A stretch of 27,767 nucleotides of DNA from contig JBEGVZ010000130.1 of NCBI GenBank assembly GCA_041178085.1, positions 1 through 27,767 on the forward strand, given 5' to 3'. The stretch is from Pseudomonadota bacterium (GTDB lineage: Bacteria; Bdellovibrionota_B; Oligoflexia; Oligoflexales; RGVZ01). Both the position numbers and the translations under genes were made by a program. Shown here in pieces: positions 1 through 7,525 of the stretch (positions within the stretch are counted from its first letter, which is position 1; each line of letters begins with the position of its first letter). The notes below the pieces were generated by a model, which was given only the letters and a program-made list of their open reading frames with translations, made no database searches and was not told the origin of the DNA.

Positions 1-23
1 AATCGAAGCCGGGGAAAGAATCG

Positions 24-347
24 ATGGCTCAGTTCAAGGGAAAAGCCAATCAGCCAGGTCGGTCCTGCGGACCATGTACCGCATGTTGCTCGGCCCTGGA
101 AATTGCTTCTGAACCCGGAAAGAGCACCACATTTGATACCGGTGAGGATATCGCCAAACCTGCAGGGCAGAAGTGTCGTTTCCTTGGCAGTGCCGGGTGC
201 ACCATTTACTTTGCCAGACCTGTTGTCTGCCGGGAATTCAAATGCGATTGGTTGATTGAGCGCAAGGGCTTCAAGACTGAAGACAAACCGGATGAGATTG
301 GTGTGATTGGCGTCAGGGGAGTCAGTTACCACATCCGCGCCGGATAA
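24..347 (+). CDS. CxxCxxCC (YkgJ-like) cysteine-cluster protein, putative Zn/Fe-binding
   Basis: 107 aa with CGPCTACC...CRFL...GCTIYFARPVVCREFKC, the typical 8-Cys pattern of this family; purine-rich GGGGAAAGA upstream of the ATG. Confidence 0.85.
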   Translation: MAQFKGKANQPGRSCGPCTACCSALEIASEPGKSTTFDTGEDIAKPAGQKCRFLGSAGCTIYFARPVVCREFKCDWLIERKGFKTEDKPDEIGVIGVRGVSYHIRAG

Positions 348-374
348 AAAAACCGCCGGCATTCCTGCCGGCGG
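346..374 (-). terminator. Intrinsic terminator of the His-rich gene
   Basis: Perfect 9-bp stem CCGCCGGCA (353-361) / TGCCGGCGG (366-374) with a 4-nt loop; A7 at 346-352 gives a U7 tail on the minus strand. Confidence 0.85.
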
Positions 375-400
375 CCATATCCTCGACAAAAGTCCAGGAA

Positions 401-799
401 TCAGTTCACGCTGCCATGCTCGTCGCAGTGGTCGCCATGAACGTGGTGCAGCTTGCTATCGACGATGTAGTCGGTATGGCTGCCGTGCTGGATGGCTTCG
501 TGGCCACATTTCGGACCATGCTTGTGGCCAGCTTCTGCAGCAGCTTTGACATGATCCTTGGTTTTTGCGTCAGCCAGCTTGTGCTCGACAACTTTTTTGT
601 CAGCGCCAGCATGGTGCAGATGACCATCATGAAGATAGTCGGTGTGGTCTTCATGCTTGATCGCAGTATGACCACATCCTGGGGCATGCTCGTGGTCCGC
701 ATGAGCCTTGTGCTCAGTGGCTTTTGCAGATGCAAGCGCAATCGAGGCACCAGCGACAACAGAAACGACAGATGCAAGAACGGATTTTACAAGCTTCAT
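401..799 (-). CDS. Secreted His-rich putative metal-binding protein with two HxHxxxCGHxAIxHxxHTDY repeats
   Basis: N-terminal signal peptide (MKLVK + hydrophobic stretch + ALA/ASA); 23 His and 3 Cys in 132 aa; GGAGG RBS upstream; followed by a terminator. Confidence 0.85.
   Translation of the reverse strand: MKLVKSVLASVVSVVAGASIALASAKATEHKAHADHEHAPGCGHTAIKHEDHTDYLHDGHLHHAGADKKVVEHKLADAKTKDHVKAAAEAGHKHGPKCGHEAIQHGSHTDYIVDSKLHHVHGDHCDEHGSVN
443..694 (-). repeat. Protein-level internal duplication in the His-rich protein
   Basis: aa36-63 HEHAPGCGHTAIKHEDHTDYLHDGHLHH versus aa92-119 HKHGPKCGHEAIQHGSHTDYIVDSKLHH. Confidence 0.85.
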
Positions 800-874
800 G
801 GAATCCTCCGTGAAAGAAGCGTTGATAAAACAAAAACGAGATTGACGCGTGAAAACGTTTTGAAACTTCAGGAG

Positions 875-901
875 TTATCGGCGAGGGCGCTTATGAGTTT
901 A
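875..901 (-). promoter_or_regulatory. Sigma28 (FliA)-type promoter
   Basis: Minus strand reads TAAA (901-898), 15 nt, GCCGATAA (882-875): an exact match to the sigma28 consensus, 75 nt upstream of the ATG at 799. Confidence 0.75.
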
Positions 902-1262
902 GCCGGACGTAGCGAGTGAAGTGGAAATTTGCATTTTGTGAAAGATTGCGTGTGGAGCGCAGCCTGACAGAAGGGGTAATGGTTTTTTCAGCCGGCAGAA
1001 ATTGCCCGGTCAGTGCCACAAAAACGGGCAATGATTGGCCGCCGTCCCCTTGCGTTTCAGATTTCTGGCCGGCAGGCAGGCGAATCACGGCGCAATGGTC
1101 GTGTGCGTCGCCAGAGTCATCGGTCGCAATCTCCATGGACTCGCCACCGGCACATTCAAGGGCCTCACACAGCATATGCTGTGTGAGTGTCGTGTGGTGC
1201 AAGCCAACGCCGATCGTGATCAGCGTCAGTGCAGTCCGGATATTTTTGAGAATGCTCTTCAC
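891..1262 (-). CDS. Small exported or membrane-anchored His/Cys protein, DUF2946-like architecture (hypothetical)
   Basis: ORF 891..1343, start re-assigned to GTG at 1262 (GGAG at 1278-1275, extended -10 upstream). Basic N-terminus plus hydrophobic segment, then HMLCEALEC and DAHDHC motifs. Confidence 0.6.
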   Translation of the reverse strand: MKSILKNIRTALTLITIGVGLHHTTLTQHMLCEALECAGGESMEIATDDSGDAHDHCAVIRLPAGQKSETQGDGGQSLPVFVALTGQFLPAEKTITPSVRLRSTRNLSQNANFHFTRYVRLNS

Positions 1263-1284
1263 GTGGTGAATTTTCTCCAATGAG

Positions 1285-1293
1285 ATCATATCA
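1285..1293 (-). promoter_or_regulatory. Extended -10 element (TGnTATGAT)
   Basis: Minus strand TGATATGAT about 23 nt upstream of GTG 1262; no good -35. Confidence 0.4.
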
Positions 1294-1323
1294 CGCAAGG
1301 AGTTGTTTGGGGAACCGTTCGCC

Positions 1324-2136
1324 TCAAGGCTCAACGTCGCCATACTGACGGGTCAATTGACGATAAAACGAAGTTGTTTTTACCTCGCGGATGCATCGGT
1401 CCATGGATCGCACAAAGGATTCCGGATCGCGAATGCGCTTTGAGGCCTTTGAAACAGAAATAAAATAGGGTTTTTCCTTGATCTTGAAATCAAGGCTTTT
1501 GATCTTTCCCTCGTAGCCAAGTTCTTTGACTTTCCACCAAACGGTTGGTGTCGTGTTCACAAAAGTGTCGATCTTTCCCTCCACCAGCATCTTCAGATTC
1601 AGTCCAGGGTCATTGACGGTGGCGACTTGTCCTGACTTTTCCTTCCTCGCCAGATAGTTCGCGTACTCCGTTGAGTAGACGAGTCCTGCGAGGTGTCCGA
1701 TCTTCAACGAATCAAAGTCGGAGAGCTGATTGATCCTGATTTTTGAGTCCGCACGTACAAACGGCTTGTACGCCGCGCGGAACAATGGCTCTTTGCCAAA
1801 AACGAGGAATTTATCCCGCCGCTCATCGTGCGAGTAGACATTCAGGTCGAGCAGTCCTTCCTCCAGTTCCTTGTGGCTCCGCTTGATCCCAGCGTTGCGG
1901 AAGAGGTAACGGACTTTTTGCCGGTCTAGGCAGTGTTGGACAAGCTCCTTGGCAAACCCAGGGGGCTTGTCTTTCTGGCCGCCAAAGAAAAAGGGCGGCC
2001 AATCGTTGTCGTTCACTTCGACGATACCGTGTTTGTTGTCATCGAGTTGCTTCGCAGTGGCCTGGGGTGGCATCAGGACTGCAAAAACGCAATTTGCGCA
2101 AACCAAATGGAAAAACCTTAAGGGGTACGGTTTCAC
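1324..2136 (-). CDS. Solute-binding protein family 3 (orphan transporter substrate-binding domain protein)
   Basis: Signal peptide; DWPPFFF, GFAKELV, KRSHKELEEGLLD, LKIGHLAG and LKMLVEGKIDTFV motifs. The GTG start at 2136 overlaps the upstream stop codon (GTGA). Confidence 0.85.
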   Translation of the reverse strand: MKPYPLRFFHLVCANCVFAVLMPPQATAKQLDDNKHGIVEVNDNDWPPFFFGGQKDKPPGFAKELVQHCLDRQKVRYLFRNAGIKRSHKELEEGLLDLNVYSHDERRDKFLVFGKEPLFRAAYKPFVRADSKIRINQLSDFDSLKIGHLAGLVYSTEYANYLARKEKSGQVATVNDPGLNLKMLVEGKIDTFVNTTPTVWWKVKELGYEGKIKSLDFKIKEKPYFISVSKASKRIRDPESFVRSMDRCIREVKTTSFYRQLTRQYGDVEP

Positions 2137-2873
2137 GGCGTGCCGCCCCACGCGCGGATGGCTTCCATGGCGAGTTCCTCAAGATGTCGTCGGTGTACGT
2201 GCCCGTCGAGCTGATCCCAAAGGTCCGGTAGCGGAGCAATGACATCAACCAGCTCATCGCGGGTCGGGTGAGGGAAAATCAACCGGAAGGAATGGAGGGC
2301 GATTGCCGCTCCGTCATCAAGTCTGGTTTTGGCTCCGTACTTTGCGTCCCCTGCAATGGAACACCCGATCGCCGCCAACTGGACGCGGATCTGGTGTTTT
2401 CTGCCGCTCCCCAATTTGACCAGGGCGACATGGTCTGTGAGGCGTTTCAATTCCAGGTCACAAGGCTTGCTGTCGGGTGTTGGGGAGGAAATCGCCTCCA
2501 TCACGCCCTTGCGTTCGCTTTCCCGCAAATGGTGTGTCAGTCGAGACAGCGCCCGCGGCAATGTGCCTTCGACCGCGGCCAGGTAATATTTCTCCACTTT
2601 TCTACTGCGGAAGCTTTCAGCCAGGCGGCTTGCCGCCTTGGATGTGCGCGCGAAAACGACCGCGCCGCTCACTGGCTGGTCGATCCGGTGGACAGGTTGA
2701 AGGAAGGCGTTGCCGGGCTTCTGGTATTTCTCCTTGAGCCATGCTTTGGCCTGGCCAAGGGCAGAGTCCAGACCGCGCTGGGCTGGATGATTGGCATCGT
2801 GCTCGACCAGCAAACCTGACGGCTTGGATATGACCAGACACTGGTTGTCGTCGAGCAAAATGTCCAAATTCAA
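2133..2873 (-). CDS. RluA-family RNA pseudouridine synthase
   Basis: KPSGL, VHRIDQPVSG (catalytic Asp), KYYLA, GRKHQIRVQLA, GDAKYG and LHS motifs. The TTG start at 2873 overlaps the proS stop (TTGA). Confidence 0.92.
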   Translation of the reverse strand: MNLDILLDDNQCLVISKPSGLLVEHDANHPAQRGLDSALGQAKAWLKEKYQKPGNAFLQPVHRIDQPVSGAVVFARTSKAASRLAESFRSRKVEKYYLAAVEGTLPRALSRLTHHLRESERKGVMEAISSPTPDSKPCDLELKRLTDHVALVKLGSGRKHQIRVQLAAIGCSIAGDAKYGAKTRLDDGAAIALHSFRLIFPHPTRDELVDVIAPLPDLWDQLDGHVHRRHLEELAMEAIRAWGGTP

Positions 2874-4435
2874 TAGGCCTTCGCGAAGATGACCCGCTGG
2901 TTCGATGGTTTGCCGGTGAACACGCACTTGCCTGAATCAGTTGCGTCAAGCGCAGCTCCATCGAGCGGAATGCAGCGTGCCGTGACTTTGAGCGGCTTGA
3001 GTTTTGCGTCGATCGCCGCCGCATCGGAAGGATCGGCTGACCAGTGCGCAAGGGCAAATCCGCCACTTGTGCTGTCCTCGTCGCCACCCTTGCCGAAGAA
3101 CTCTTCGAAGTCAGCCCACGAATCGATCTTGCGCGTGTTTGCCTTGCGGGCTTCCAGCGCTCGTGTATGAAGGGATTTTTGGATGTCCTCCAGAGTCGAT
3201 ACCAGCGTCGCAAGCAGTTCACCGCGTTCCACGCTCTTCTTGTCCCGCGGGCTAAGGTCCCGGCGGCCCATGAACACGCTATCGTTCTGGATGTCCCGGG
3301 GACCGATTTCAAGGCGGACAGGAATGCCTTTTTTGATGTGCTGCCAGGTTTTTTCGCCACCACGGATGTCGCGGTCATCAAGCCATACTTGGAGGCGCGT
3401 GGTGCCAAGACGGTCTTCGCCAAACTTCAGCTCGCCCAGATCACGGCGCAGGCGCTCGCAGTATTCCATGACTGTTTTGCGTTCGTCGTCGTTGCGGTAA
3501 ATCGGGTTGATGACAACATGCTTCGGGGCAAGGCGCGGCGGCAACACCAGTCCGTCGTCATCGCTGTGAGTCATGATCAGGCCGCCGATAAGGCGCGTCG
3601 AAACACCCCATGAAGTGGTCCACGCGATTTCTTCTTTGCTGTCTGCCGAGAGGAATTTGATGCCCGACGCCTTGGCGAAATTCTGGCCGAGGAAGTGCGA
3701 CGTGCCGGCTTGCAGTGCCTTGTGGTCCTGCATCATGGCCTCGATCGTGAATGTGTTGACCGCGCCGGGGAAGCGTTCGCCTGGCGTCTTCTCCCCTTTG
3801 ATGACTGGCATTGCCATGTAGTCGTTGGCAAAGGTCGAGTACACGTCCAGCATTTTGAGAGTTTCTTCCATGGCCTCTTTCGCTGTCGCATGGACGGTGT
3901 GGCCTTCCTGCCACAGGAATTCGGCCGTGCGCAGGAACATCCGCGTCCGCATTTCCCAGCGCATCACGTTGGCCCATTGATTGACCAGGATTGGCAAGTC
4001 GCGGTAGCTCTGCACCCACTTGGCATAGCTGGCGCCGATGATCGTTTCAGAAGTCGGGCGAATGACCAGGGGTTCTTCAAGTTCGCCCGCCGGGACAAGC
4101 CCCTTGCCATCCGGGCTGGCTTCAAGGCGGTGATGCGTGACGACGGCGCATTCTTTCGCAAACCCTTCGACGTGCTCAGCTTCTTTTTCCAGGAAGCTTT
4201 TTGGAATCAGGAGCGGGAAGTAAGCGTTGACGTGGCCTGTTTCCTTGAACATCCGGTCAAGGACGGCCTGGATGTTTTCCCAGATGGCATAGCCCCATGG
4301 CTTGATCACCATGCAGCCGCGGACGGGAGACACTTCTGCCAGATCAGCAGCTTTGATAACCTGCTGATACCACTCTGGATAGTTTTCGCTCCGGCGAGGG
4401 GAAATGGCGCTACGATCTTCTTTAGGTTTGTTCAT
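2870..4435 (-). CDS. proS: Proline--tRNA ligase, archaeal/eukaryote type
   Basis: RPTSET, QWANVMRWE, FLRTAEFLWQEGHT, QAGTSHFLGQNF, SWGVSTRLIG and C-terminal AKAY; no INS editing domain. ATG 4435 has GAGG upstream. Confidence 0.97.
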   Translation of the reverse strand: MNKPKEDRSAISPRRSENYPEWYQQVIKAADLAEVSPVRGCMVIKPWGYAIWENIQAVLDRMFKETGHVNAYFPLLIPKSFLEKEAEHVEGFAKECAVVTHHRLEASPDGKGLVPAGELEEPLVIRPTSETIIGASYAKWVQSYRDLPILVNQWANVMRWEMRTRMFLRTAEFLWQEGHTVHATAKEAMEETLKMLDVYSTFANDYMAMPVIKGEKTPGERFPGAVNTFTIEAMMQDHKALQAGTSHFLGQNFAKASGIKFLSADSKEEIAWTTSWGVSTRLIGGLIMTHSDDDGLVLPPRLAPKHVVINPIYRNDDERKTVMEYCERLRRDLGELKFGEDRLGTTRLQVWLDDRDIRGGEKTWQHIKKGIPVRLEIGPRDIQNDSVFMGRRDLSPRDKKSVERGELLATLVSTLEDIQKSLHTRALEARKANTRKIDSWADFEEFFGKGGDEDSTSGGFALAHWSADPSDAAAIDAKLKPLKVTARCIPLDGAALDATDSGKCVFTGKPSNQRVIFAKAY

Positions 4436-4465
4436 GGAGTGACGACCTCTCAAGTGTCCGGTGTG

Positions 4466-4513
4466 GCGACAGAAAAGTCTGGTTGTTTTATCGTTACGGG
4501 AGCATGGTGACAA
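4466..4513. promoter_or_regulatory. Overlapping divergent sigma70-like promoters for proS and ade
   Basis: Minus: TTGTCA (4513-4508)-N17-TAAAAC (4490-4485). Plus: GCGACA (4466-4471)-N17-TATCGT (4489-4494). Confidence 0.45.
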
Positions 4514-4514
4514 T

Positions 4515-6359
4515 ATGACAAAGCATAAAGCCTCTCAGCGCAAAGCCAGCTACGAGTCCGCGGCCCGCCTTGCAGATGCCATCCGCGCCGCCCGCGGTCA
4601 GGTCAAGTGCGACTTGGTTTTGAAGGGCGCGTCGTATCTAGATGTTTTTAATGGTGTTTTTGCCAAAGGAGACGTCGCCGTCCACGGTGGTGTGATCGTC
4701 GGAGTCGGGGAATCTTACGAAGGTCTGACCGAGGTCGATGCGACCGGCAAGTTCGTGGTCCCCGGTTTTATTGATGCCCACGTCCACATCGAGAGCAGCC
4801 TGATGACACCCGCGCGATTTCAGGAAGCGGTGCTTCCTTGCGGGACGACCACTGTCATCTGGGACCCCCACGAGATCGCCAACGTCAAGGGCGTGGACGG
4901 CATTCAGTGGGCCGTCGATTCAAGCCGGCATCTGTTGAACGATAAATTCGGCATGGACGTCTTCGTGATGGTGCCAAGCTGCGTCCCGTCGACCAGTCCC
5001 GAAGCAGGACTTGAGTCCGCCGGTGCGGTCCTTCATGCGGGGGACCTCAAACGCTTTGTTGGCGACGAGCGCGTGCTCGGTCTGGCGGAGATGATGAACT
5101 TCCCCGGTCTTCTTGCCGGTGACGGAGACATTCTTGAGAAACTGCAGGACTTCAGCGGCAAGCGACGCGACGGTCACTGCCCTGGTTTGACTGGCAAGGA
5201 CTTGAACGCTTATGGCGTCGCTGGGATTCATAGTTGCCACGAGTCGACTTCCATCCCCGAAGCCCGGGAAAAACTAGGCAAAGGGATTCACGTCCTGATC
5301 CGCGAAGGTTCGTGTGCGAAGGACGCCGATGAGTTGTTGCCGATCCTGAACCAGCGGACGGCTCCGGTTCTTGGATTTTGCAGTGACGACCGTAACCCGG
5401 CCGACATTGCGGATGAGGGCCACATCGACTGCATCGTGAACAAGGCTCTCCGCGCTGGCCACGCCCCAGAAGAAGTGTTCCGTGCCGCCAGTTTCGGCCC
5501 CGCCCGGGCTTACGGCCTTGAAGACCGCGGAGCGATCGCTCCAGGGTACGTTGCGGACTTCGCCCTGGTGGAGCCGCAGGCTGTTTCTGGGCACGGAGAA
5601 GCCGCCAGCAAGCCTGAGCTGGTCTGGGGCGGTGGTTGCCGGATCGTCGATGTCTGGAAACGGGGCGAGAAGGTGGACCGGAAGAAGCTCGCTGCAGTCA
5701 AAGACATTCAGGCTGGGTTTGCGGCCGGTAAAAACATGAACCTTCGCAATTTGCGTGCGGGTGATTTTGCTGTCCGCAGTGCCGCAAAGAAAGCCCAGCG
5801 GGCGCGGGTCATCGGTGTCAGGCCGCACCAGATCCTGACCGATGCCCTTGTTCTGGACTTGCCCGTTTCTGGCGGGCAGATCCTGGCCGATGCTGCACAC
5901 GATGTACTCAAAATCGCCGTATTTGAGCGCCACCACGGGACGGGAAACCGGAGCGTCGCCTTTGTGAAAGGGTTCGGTATCCGCGCGGGGGCAATCGCCA
6001 CGTCAATCAATCATGATTCGCACAACGCCATCGTCGTCGGATCTTCCGATGACCTGATGGCTGCAGCCGTCAACCGTTTGATTGAGATCGACGGCGGCAT
6101 CGTCGTCGCCAAAGGGGATGGCTCATTTGTCGAGTTACCCCTGCCGCTGGGTGGGTTGATGACCAGCCTGGCTCCCGGAGAAGTCACCAAGGTGTTGCGC
6201 GTTTTGAAGGCTGCCGCAAAGGACATTGGTTGCGTGCTCGATGAGCCTTTCTTGCAGCTGAGTTTCCTTGCCTTGCCGGTCATCCCGACACTGAAGATTA
6301 CAGACCGCGGGCTGGTTGATGTTACAATGTTCGCAATTGTTTCCATTGAAGCTGAATGA
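4515..6359 (+). CDS. ade: Adenine deaminase (AdeC type)
   Basis: PGFIDAHVHIESS, DPHEIANV, LAEMMNFPG, DGHCP, IREGS, CSDD, HDSHN and LSFLALPVIP-LKITDRGL motifs. ATG 4515 has GGGAG upstream. Confidence 0.96.
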   Translation: MTKHKASQRKASYESAARLADAIRAARGQVKCDLVLKGASYLDVFNGVFAKGDVAVHGGVIVGVGESYEGLTEVDATGKFVVPGFIDAHVHIESSLMTPARFQEAVLPCGTTTVIWDPHEIANVKGVDGIQWAVDSSRHLLNDKFGMDVFVMVPSCVPSTSPEAGLESAGAVLHAGDLKRFVGDERVLGLAEMMNFPGLLAGDGDILEKLQDFSGKRRDGHCPGLTGKDLNAYGVAGIHSCHESTSIPEAREKLGKGIHVLIREGSCAKDADELLPILNQRTAPVLGFCSDDRNPADIADEGHIDCIVNKALRAGHAPEEVFRAASFGPARAYGLEDRGAIAPGYVADFALVEPQAVSGHGEAASKPELVWGGGCRIVDVWKRGEKVDRKKLAAVKDIQAGFAAGKNMNLRNLRAGDFAVRSAAKKAQRARVIGVRPHQILTDALVLDLPVSGGQILADAAHDVLKIAVFERHHGTGNRSVAFVKGFGIRAGAIATSINHDSHNAIVVGSSDDLMAAAVNRLIEIDGGIVVAKGDGSFVELPLPLGGLMTSLAPGEVTKVLRVLKAAAKDIGCVLDEPFLQLSFLALPVIPTLKITDRGLVDVTMFAIVSIEAE

Positions 6360-6922
6360 GGCGGGACAAAATGCTTATGACGGGCCGTTTTCGTGGAAGT
6401 TTGCGGGCTATCTTGTGGGTGGCTTTTTTCGTTGCTCCGGTGGTACAGGCAGCCCCTGGAGACGTCGGTGCGCCAAAATCCATGCCAAAGCCAAAGCATG
6501 TCCGGACCATCACCTTCAAGCAAGGTACCAGTAAAATCGCGGACTTGAAGTCCCTCGAACGGTTTGCTGGCTGGCTGCGGGTAAAAACTGAGGTCACTGA
6601 TATCCGGATTGAAGGTTTTCACTGCGATGCCGACCGCAGAAAAGAGGGGGTGAAGCCAGAGGAAATGCTGGATTACCTTCTGTTCATCGCCCGGGAACGT
6701 GCAGAAGCAGTGCATTCCGCCCTGGTGGCCCGCGGAATGGAGTCGCGCAGGTTTGAAATCGTGCCGCTCGGAATTGCCGAGGATCCAGGGAGCTGCAAAG
6801 TCGTTGCCATGGCCATGGAGCCCGAGAAGAAGCCGCAGCCAAAAGCTGATGTTGCGCAGGGGGGGCCGGTGCCTGAGGTAAAACCTGCCTTGAAAGTCAG
6901 TGGCGACTTGGGCAAAAAATAA
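6356..6922 (+). CDS. Exported OmpA-like (peptidoglycan-binding) domain protein, divergent
   Basis: ATGA overlap with ade; signal peptide ending VQA; ITFKQGTS, IRIEGFHCD and RERAEAVHSALVARG match the OmpA C-terminal-like domain. Confidence 0.7.
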   Translation: MRRDKMLMTGRFRGSLRAILWVAFFVAPVVQAAPGDVGAPKSMPKPKHVRTITFKQGTSKIADLKSLERFAGWLRVKTEVTDIRIEGFHCDADRRKEGVKPEEMLDYLLFIARERAEAVHSALVARGMESRRFEIVPLGIAEDPGSCKVVAMAMEPEKKPQPKADVAQGGPVPEVKPALKVSGDLGKK

Positions 6923-6962
6923 AGATTCTTTCTGAACCGAAACCCTTTTGGGGGATGTTTTG

Positions 6963-7487
6963 ATGCGGATGTTGATCGATCAACTTCGTCAAGTTTTGGC
7001 TGCCGGCAAGGTCGGCGTAGACGAGATTGTCCGCATCCAGGAATTCGTCCGGGACAGCCTTCCCCGCATGCGTGCCGCCGGCATTCAGAACATGCACGAA
7101 GGCCCAGGTCGTTACATGCTTTATAAAGACGAAGATTTTGGCTTCGTCATAATGATGCTGGTCTGGGGGTGCGGTGACAAGACTCCGATCCACGACCACG
7201 GGACGTGGGGGGTCGAAGGCGTTCTGCAAGATACGATCGCAGTGACCAGCTTCACGACCTGTGAGAAGAACCCCGAAGAAGTCGCCCAGATGATCCTTCC
7301 CCAGGGCAGCGTTGCTTTTGTCCTTCCGCCTGACTTTGACCGCCACGTGGTCGAGCACTACGCAGGTGAACAGGCAATTTCGATCCACGTTTACGGCAAG
7401 GAACTAACCACGGCCCGTTCGTATGTACAGGGAGTGGGTTTCCAGGAACTTCCACTGACTGCACGCAAGCTCGACATCCAGTTTTGA
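6963..7487 (+). CDS. Cysteine dioxygenase-family (thiol dioxygenase) cupin
   Basis: LVWGCGDKTPIHDHGTWG (HxH), third His in DRHVV, AISIHVYG (Ser-His-Tyr). GGGGGA RBS before ATG 6963. Confidence 0.88.
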   Translation: MRMLIDQLRQVLAAGKVGVDEIVRIQEFVRDSLPRMRAAGIQNMHEGPGRYMLYKDEDFGFVIMMLVWGCGDKTPIHDHGTWGVEGVLQDTIAVTSFTTCEKNPEEVAQMILPQGSVAFVLPPDFDRHVVEHYAGEQAISIHVYGKELTTARSYVQGVGFQELPLTARKLDIQF

Positions 7488-7525
7488 CCGGCCGCAATGT
7501 GCTTCATCTGGTGGGTGGGGAAAGT

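Noticed and set aside
416..919. 167-aa hydrophobic, Met/Val-rich plus-strand ORF
   Set aside because: It is the antisense shadow of the His-rich gene (CAT/CAC codons read as ATG/GTG). The minus-strand gene has the RBS, promoter and terminator.
2268..4510. Several long alternative-frame or antisense ORFs (2268..2819, 2617..3423, 3044..3613, 3695..4510)
   Set aside because: They lie entirely over the RluA-family gene and proS, show no motifs, and are expected in GC-rich coding DNA.
4436..4514. Purine riboswitch or T-box upstream of ade or proS
   Set aside because: The spacer is only 79 bp, is occupied by promoter-like elements and RBSs, and shows no aptamer or T-box consensus.
6916..6943. Possible sigma28 promoter before the dioxygenase (TAAAG...ACCGAAAC)
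   Set aside because: Spacing from TAAA is 12 nt rather than 15-16, and the -10 match is weak.
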